64,000 nt of DNA. Source: Obrimoposthia wandeli. Lineage: Eukaryota. Where the stretch lies: assembly GCA_977020255.1 (NCBI GenBank), contig CDROCS010001279.1, positions 248,001-312,000 of the forward strand, in the 5' to 3' direction. Both the position numbers and the translations under genes were made by a program. Position 1 is the stretch's first letter; the number at the start of each line of letters is the position of its first letter. The notes under the pieces are model-generated. The model was not told the DNA's origin and ran no database searches. It saw only the letters and a program-made list of their open reading frames with translations. Of this stretch, positions 51,201-64,000 are shown one piece after another.

Positions 51201-51664
51201 AACTGCAACATAATGATAGTGATCACTAATTTGTAAATTAATTGGTTTCCCCAAATGATTACTCGTTTGGTAAATAACATCAATAAAATGGATTTTTAAA
51301 AATATCCTTATCAGTATGAATATTTCCGAACGAGCTAAAAGTCAAAAATTTATAGAGAGCCGAAGGTTCCGTATCTCAAATCGTGGGTTGTTGCAGAGAT
51401 TGTCTTAGAAATATCTGCTGCATCATAAGCCAGCTCAGTGAAAAAGTCCTCATATCCACTTGGTCTCTCTTTATGGGATGTAAAAATATCCTCGAAAAGT
51501 ATAGCTACAATGCTGTACAGGAAGAAGCAGTTATATATGTATTTTGATATTAACTACCGCATGTGAGTACCTTAAGATGGTATGTGTCCCAAGTGTAGTT
51601 AAGTATAATTAACTATCTTGATGGTAGTTAATTGTTGCTGTTTTTGTAAACATAATATTATCTC

Positions 51665-51727
51665 GATAAAACGAGAAATCTGCCTATTACTGCCTATAAA
51701 ACGAGAAATCTGCCTATCTGCCTATCT
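51665..51727 (+). repeat. Short direct repeat ATAAAACGAGAAATCTGCCTAT x2 with CTGCCTAT sub-repeats
   Basis: Direct reading. Confidence 0.7.
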
Positions 51728-52486
51728 GAGAGTCAGTCTCAATCTTTTTCTTGAGGGCCTGAATCCTATCAACTACGAAACTATTTGAGAAAGGTATTTC
51801 CTTATAAGAAATATTTCAATTTCATGTCTTCATTCTATTATAAAACTCAACTTGGACGCCAAATTGAACTTTACCAGTATCCAAACAATGTCATATCTCT
51901 TCTAAACTGTTCAGAAGGAAATGAAGCACGTATAAATTCAACATATTCGAGGCTGAAACTTCAAACGTATCAGATTCAATTGTTTCCCGTAAACTTACAT
52001 TTCACTTAACAGGCTTACTGGTTCTAATAGTTTTAGCGGTAGAGCTATCTGAAGTGGGCATAACACTTATTTTACGGGTAGGTGTTTTCGCAGTTAGTGG
52101 TACGTTATCTTGATCATTCAATAACTGGTGCCCTAATCACCAAGGCATCATTTACTAAAATACCATCTACCAGTGTCGGTGTGCCTCTTCCCCTGCCTCT
52201 ATTGATTGACCATCTTCCGATCTCTCTGTCTCGGACCAGCAGTACAATATAAGGAACATCAATCAATCACCTGATGTTGGCTTGTTCGCGGGTACAAATA
52301 TGTCCTGGTGCTGCAGCCATCACAACACTTCTTACCTCGCTATTGATATATATATGTGTGTGTTTGTTGCACAGATTTTTGGAAGAAGAATTGTGTATGC
52401 CGATTTTGATATATATTTTATATAGAATTTTTGAAAATTTGATGATTGATGCTATTTGAAATAAAAAGAAAGGAAAAAAGTAGAAT

Positions 52487-52612
52487 CTGATACAATTTTA
52501 TTGTTCCTGTACAAAATCTCATTTGATATTACAGAAAAGTAGAATCTAATACAATTTTATTGTTCCTAAACCAAATTCCATTTGATATTAAAGAAAAGTA
52601 GAATCTAATATG
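52487..52612 (+). repeat. ~57-bp tandem repeat x2.3 (AAAAGTAGAATCT.ATACAATTTTATTGTTCCT...)
   Basis: Direct reading; immediately precedes the Gypsy RT. Confidence 0.75.
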
Positions 52613-52682
52613 CCTACAGAGATGAGGCTAAAAGACATATAAAAGGAATGTTAAAAAATGCAATTATTATAAGTTTTTCTGC

Positions 52683-54648
52683 ATGGACATCACCATAAAA
52701 AAGAAAAATATATCTTTAAGATTCTGCGTAGACTATAGAAAACTAAACGAAGTCACTCAGAAAGATACTTATCCACTCCCAAGAATTGATGAAATATTAG
52801 ATAAACTTAAAAATGCAAAAGTATTTACGACGTTAGATCTACAAAGTGGATACTGGCAGAGAGAATTTGAGGAGTCAGATAAAAATAAAACAGCTTTCTC
52901 GACCGGAGAAGGATTGTATGAATTCAATGTCTTACCATTTGGACTAACCGGAGCTCCAGCAACATTTCAGAGATGTATGAGTCATATTTTATTGGATGCA
53001 GATCATGTGATGGTATACATTGACTACTTTCTTATTTTCTCAAAAATTTTTGAAGAACATTTAAAAAATTTAGAAAACGTATTATTAAAATTACAAGTAG
53101 CAGGATTAAAATTAAAACCAAAAAATATGAATGGATTAAAGATAAAGTAAATTATTTAGCTGTCTCAGCTAAAGGAATCAGAAATTTTCCAATTTCAAAA
53201 ACAGTAAAAAATATACAAGAATTTTTAGTACTTGCAGGATATTATCGTAGATTTATTAGGAATTTCACACAAATAGTAACACCATTGAATAAACTTATTT
53301 AAAAAAATGAAAAATTTGAATGGGAAAAAGAACAACAAGAATCTTACGAATATTTAAAACAAAAATAATCGAAAAACCTATACTCAGATATCTTAATTTT
53401 AATAATTCATTTTTAGTTATAACTGACGCCAGTGGTTATGCCTTAGGAGCAGTTTTAGGACAACAGGATAATACGTGATTTTTTTATAAAATATAAAAAC
53501 AGTAATATAAAACAGTAATAAGAACAGTAATATAAAAAACATGAATTAAACTACTCAACAATAGAAAGGAAATACCTAGCTATCCGTTTTGCAATGGAAC
53601 ATTTTAAACATTACTTATTAGGTCGAAAAGTTTAAGCTTACACAGATCAAAGACAATTATAATGGCTTTTAAATCATAAGGATACAACATCTAGATTAAT
53701 GAGATAGATATTAATTTTACAAGCGATAATGAAAGATAATGAAATTCAACAAATAACTAAATACATTAGCACAAATGAAGTACTAACAGATGAAAAATTA
53801 AGAAAACATTTAAAAATGCAAGAATCACGATACAAATATAGTAACGAAATATTAAATTATTTAACTGTCAAAAATTTATATTCACTAGTAATTCCCAAGG
53901 AAATTTAGTGTCAATTACTTCTTCAATATCATAATGGAGCCCTAGGAGGACATTTATAATCAAAAAACACACATTTACGATTAAACTTAAAATACTATTG
54001 GATCGACATGAAAGAAAATGTAAAAAATTGGTGTAAAACATGTGAAATATGTCTTAACGAAAAAATATTTTATGTACCACAAAAATACCTTTAAAACTAA
54101 CACCTTATCCATCAGCCCCCATGGAAACTGTTGTCATGGATGTAATGGACCATTGCCTGAAACACCCCGAGGAAATAGTATTATTTTAATAAAATTATTT
54201 TACAAGATGGCCAGAGGCTTTTCCAATACATGACCATACGGCTGAAACTATCGCGAAGGATTTAGTCGAAAAATCTAAAATATTTGTAAAAAACATACAA
54301 GAATATTATGATAGAAGAACTAAGCCATCAAATATAAAAAGCGGAAGTAAAGTGATGATTCATAATCCACAAATTAACGTAGGACTGTCACACAAACTAT
54401 CAAAACCATACAAAGAACCATATACAGTTATTAGTACCAACGGAACCAACATAACAGCTAAACTTGATAATGAACCAAAATCAAAAGAAATAAGAACACA
54501 TATAAACAAATGTCGAGAAATACCTGAGGAAAATTCAAACGTAAAAAGTCACAAATATAACTTAAGAATAACTAGCGATAATACTGTTCTACAAATGTTA
54601 ACAATAAAAAACTCACAAAAACAAAACAAGACTATTTTGAGCCATTAG
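52683..54648 (+). mobile_element. Ty3/Gypsy pol remnant (RT, RNase H, integrase), 5'-truncated and frameshifted
   Basis: [10 protein letters not shown]...[10 protein letters not shown]...LDLQSGYWQ...KTAF...LPFGL..APATFQR...VYIDY; TDASGYALGAVL; HNGALGGH...YYWIDM...WCKTCEIC; PMETVVMD; KPYKEPY. Confidence 0.92.
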
Positions 54649-54692
54649 ACCAGAAATACAATAAAATGTCAATAAAATAAATTTGTAAAATA

Positions 54693-55960
54693 ATGATATT
54701 ATTGGTAATATATTTTACAATAAAAAGTAACCTACTGAAAGTAAACGCAACAAACATAAATGACAATCAATCAATCATACAACAAAAAACAAATAAATAC
54801 GACTCAACAACTAATTACATAAAATTTTTTAGATTAATAAAAATAATACCTGCAATCACATCAGTAAGGTTAAAAATAACACTTTTCACAAGAAAATTAG
54901 GAAAAATTCAAATAATACAATCTGAGAAAAATCAAATCATAAATATTTACAAAATTGAAACAAAAAATTACATAATACCATTTTTAAGAACAGAAACACA
55001 ATACAAAATAAGAGTGTAATCGAATTTAAACAATATAACACTTTATGAAAGATTTATAGAAACTCATATATACTTAGCATCTCATTAGAATTAGATATAG
55101 AGGACATAATGCTCATTTTCAGAAAGACACAGAAAAACAATTAGAAAAGTTACTAACTAAAACAAATTTAACCATAGAAAATATAAGATATCCAGAGAAA
55201 ATAATTGTGGATAATAGAGAATGCTTAATCACTAATAAACCAATGATATAGACAATGGTGACAAAAGTTTGAGATTTGTAGAAATCTAACAAACTTAATG
55301 ATTTTAGGAAATAAAATATCCAAATTATATCAATCTACGATTTTTGTGGTCATTTATTGGTCAGTAATTAAACTTAAGAAATATATCAAAGAAACCACCA
55401 CAAAACAAATACTACATACCGCAACATTCACAACAAAGACTTATAAAATTACAAATCAAATTAATATCACAGAAAATTTAAAAAATAACTTAAATTTAAA
55501 AACAATACCCTATAAATCATTTAATAAAAGTTTAAAAATAAACTATAGTAAACAAAAATATTCAAAAAATGAAAATAAAAAAGAACTCATAATAATTGAA
55601 ATAATTACATTTATCAATAAAATATCATGGAAATTCTAAATTTTAAAACATACAAAAATGGCAGAAACAAAACAACGAAAAAACTTTTGCGTCAACAGGC
55701 CCCTTTACTACTTATATTATTCCTAGAGATGAGAATTCTTCATAATTATCAATAAAAACTGTAATAGAAAATAGAGAAAGAAAAATGACACAATAACTAA
55801 TTTAAAAAAAACAAACATTTAATTAATAAATACTGTTATTGGTTTTACGTAAATCTAAATTAGTTTAATATAGAATAAATATTAATAAGAAAAATATATA
55901 TATCAACGAAAATTAATAGAAATAATGTTATAAAACAAAATCACCAGGAAACGTATCCTG
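54693..55960 (+). pseudogene. Possible env-like ORF of the Gypsy element, degenerate
   Basis: Follows integrase; hydrophobic N-terminus MILLVIYFTIKSNLLKVNAT; A-rich plus strand continuous with pol; no fusion motif recognised. Confidence 0.35.
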
Positions 55961-56916
55961 AAAATTTTATAATGGCTATTTTTAGATATAAATGAACAGT
56001 CGCTAAAACTTGCAAAAAATTAGAATAAAAGATCCGAGATGTTTACAAGCAGCATAACGACTACTGTATAAAGATCACAACTCAAAATGAATCACTGAAC
56101 AATTAATTAAACAAAATGGGGAAGGAAAATTAAACAATTAATTAACAATTGATGAATTGGAAAGGAGGCTGACACATAGTTTTGGCTGAATAGACTATTT
56201 AATACAACAAACACTAAACCAACGATCGACTATAGCCTCATTTCGAAGACAAATGATGACCTATAGCGACATGATAAACTTATATATAACCATAAATCCT
56301 TCTACTCCAACTAATACAAAATTTGATGATGGATATGACTCAGATACGAACTTTAATGAACATAACTCTGGTTAAAATATAACCAATTATCCTATCCTTC
56401 TTTTGTACAAACCATCTGGTTTTTGTTGATAATACAAATTAATTTTCATGACAAATCCCACATACTGCATGAATAGACCAAGAAGAGCTCACTCGATCAG
56501 TTCAAACGAAAAACACAGCAAAATAGTAATAGGAAGAACGGAAAACATGACAGGAAGATGGTATTTAGCAAAATTCCTTTATCAAAAAATGTGCCAATTT
56601 AGCACTGCATATTTTAGAAATAACAGAAGAAAAATGTTTTCGAGTCAAACATTCCTTCCTAACAAATTAAAAATTACCACAGTGAAAAGAACAAGCGCAC
56701 TAATATTTTCCAATGAAAAAAGATCAACCCACATGGCCCTCAGCGAGTTATTCCCCAATAATGATTGTGAAAAATCGATATTCACTTAGCACTAGGAGTA
56801 GCCCATTTGAAAACTAAATCAGATAAGACTTTACCATATTACCACATTTTAGCGATATTAAACTCATGTCGAATTGAAAACATAACATCACAGTAAATTA
56901 CATATTAACATAATCA

Positions 56917-61869
<4,953 letters not shown>

Positions 61870-62369
61870 TTTTTGAAACACAAAAAATTCAAAATGATAT
61901 CCCAAACAAAAATATGTAGTCGAGTTTTCACAGTCCAAAATTAATATCAAATCGGTCAAACGAAAATAACTAATAGATATACATTAGTCATATGTTTATA
62001 ATTATAATTGTTTAATTTTCTTTTATTATTAAGTTTTATTAATAAAAATTTACTAAACAAACGTTTTTCTAATATGACATATATTTTTAAATAATATTAA
62101 AATAAATACTACAGAAAATTAAAAAAAATATATATTAGAATACATTTAAATGCATATTTTTAATCAGAAGCCAGAAAAATCCTACCGAAATAAATGATTA
62201 ACATAAAGAAATATATCTTCTGTTTGTAGAATCTGACTCTCTTGAATTATGTCTACGAAGGAAAATATAACTGGCGACCACGCCGAAATAAATGTATTGA
62301 TGAGAAATTAAGCAAAGAAGAATATTCTCGTCTCTTTCAAAAGATACTAGAATGATGTTGCAGTATAAC

Positions 62370-62560
62370 ATAAGAAGATATAATGGGATGAGTTCAAAGG
62401 AAAGTGAAAAGTGGTTAAAATAAATCGGAAAGTGGGTCAAAGCAAATAATCTTAATATCGGGGATGAATTTGATTTACTGTTGTTCGATGAAGCTGCGTT
62501 ATTAATGAAGGATATCCGTAAAACAGTAAATTCAAATAAAAGTTTATTAATCAACTCTAA
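62370..62560 (+). pseudogene. Possible Gypsy gag remnant
   Basis: SSKESEKWLK*IGKWVKANNL...DLLLFDEAAL resembles retrotransposon capsid F.G.E....WL..FE.....N.W...L.L...A. Confidence 0.35.
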
Positions 62561-63500
62561 CTTCCTCAATTATTTTCCATATCGGTGTTTCCAATCCAGA
62601 GGGCCCACTCTTGCATCCTTGAATTCTGATTGAGAGAATCCATTCTAAATTAGGAGGAGTAGGTCCATCGAATATTGATCCAGTTTCCTGCTTAAAAGTG
62701 GCATTTGGTCATTTGAATATGAATTTGTTTTCTTGAAGCTCATATTTTATTCCGTATTGATTGAAGAGAATATTGATTATCTCTTTATCTACTGAAGTCT
62801 AATTTGATATTTACCTGAAAATTTCTAAGATAAAAATTATATTAAAATACAGTTCTTGGATATGCAAATTAATACTTTATTTCCAATTCCTCGAAATTGT
62901 GACAAAATTTTTGTGTTAAAATAAAATATTTAGAATCATACTAAGTCACAAGAAATTTGTTGTCAAATAAAAAGTAGAAAATTTAAAAGATTTCAATGCC
63001 AAAATTTCCAGTGTTAAAAGATTTCTTCACTTAGTTTGTGACATTTTTAGAATAAAATAATTCATCTAATAAAAGTACATATTTTTGTACAAATTTGTGA
63101 AATTTAAAAACAAGAAGTATTTAATAAGATGTTAAAGACCACAAAACAACCGTTCGCGTAGTATAGTGAATAAAGTTAGCTGTCCTGAAATTATAATTTC
63201 ACAACTAAATACGTTAACATGCAATATAATGTGATATTGATTCACTATAGAAACAAGACTAGGATGATTTTTCAAATCTTGAAACTGCAATTTTAATGTA
63301 AATTAATTATTTTTCATTATAATCTTTGAATAAAAATTAAATAAGGTCAATAACTAAAGTTTAAAATATTAAAAGAATAATTTAAAGTCTAAGTCATCCA
63401 AAAAGACTGTATTTAGTTTCAACAAAAAATATAAAACTGACGAGAGAAAAAATTAAGTCAAATTATTTATATACTCGGTGAAAATTTGATTTAATGCAGA

Positions 63501-63704
63501 ATGGGATGTCCTATATGCCGGGAGAAAATTTTAGAACCTCACGTATGGATACAATGTAACCATAAGTTTCATGCACATTGCCTTAGACAGTGGCTTCAAT
63601 CAAACAGAACATGCCAATGTTGTAGACGCGAAGTTACTCTATATGCACGATATCCAAGTATACAAGAGCCACAAACGCTAATAGAAATCTCATCAACGCA
63701 ATAA
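63501..63704 (+). CDS. RING-H2 zinc-finger ORF (putative E3 ligase), intronless, probably truncated or pseudogenised
   Basis: CPIC-x12-C-N-H-x2-H-x2-C-x10-C-x2-C; coding-like acidic sequence continues after the stop in another frame (EHNEDDIIPDVLSEENELLAWIERK). Confidence 0.65.
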   Translation: MGCPICREKILEPHVWIQCNHKFHAHCLRQWLQSNRTCQCCRREVTLYARYPSIQEPQTLIEISSTQ

Positions 63705-64000
63705 CAAGTAATAGAAACGCATTAAGAATGCAGAATACAACCATAGAGCACAACGAGGATGATATAATACCAGATGTCTTGAGTGAGGAGAACGAATTAT
63801 TGGCATGGATAGAAAGGAAGGCATCAAATCCTACACCAAGATACCCAATCTCGTCGTGGGAGTAGATATACGCTCTAATGAGAAGAACGAGCCATGCTCC
63901 GACAAAACTCTAATCCAAGAACACCACACAATTTGTGATAAATGAAACCAAAATAAATTTTTATTCTTAAAAGGAGTATTAATTTTTAACCTAAATATTA

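Noticed and set aside
52140-52400. GC-richer block with minus-strand donor-like sites, as a candidate upstream MiT/TFE exon or zinc knuckle
   Set aside because: No convincing reading frame or homology; cannot be linked to the gene from sequence alone.

Overview
AT-rich eukaryotic (animal-like, fast-evolving) genomic DNA with spliceosomal introns and many decayed transposons; no prokaryotic features or CRISPR arrays. Two host genes could be reconstructed by hand with continuous reading frames, both on the minus strand. The first is a divergent MiT/TFE (MITF/TFEB-family) bHLH-Zip gene of 9 coding exons (12200-43972, about 788 aa). The second is CDC5L, 7 exons (56917-61869, about 847 aa). The rest holds Polinton/Maverick relics (pPolB fragments at about 2.7-3.2 kb and 48.7-51.2 kb), a piggyBac with a nested solo-LTR-like insert, mariner/Tc1/pogo copies, L2/CR1-type LINE fragments, a Gypsy pol with env-like tail, a tRNA-Leu pseudogene and a short RING-H2 ORF. 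The most unusual structure is a ~1.03 kb inverted copy of the MiT/TFE N-terminal exon plus its intron start. It sits in the gene's own third intron between two 15-16 bp minisatellite arrays and carries lesions in known regulatory motifs. A clean GT-AG intron inside the Polinton DNA polymerase gene is also notable. All identities are by-eye estimates and no database searches were run.
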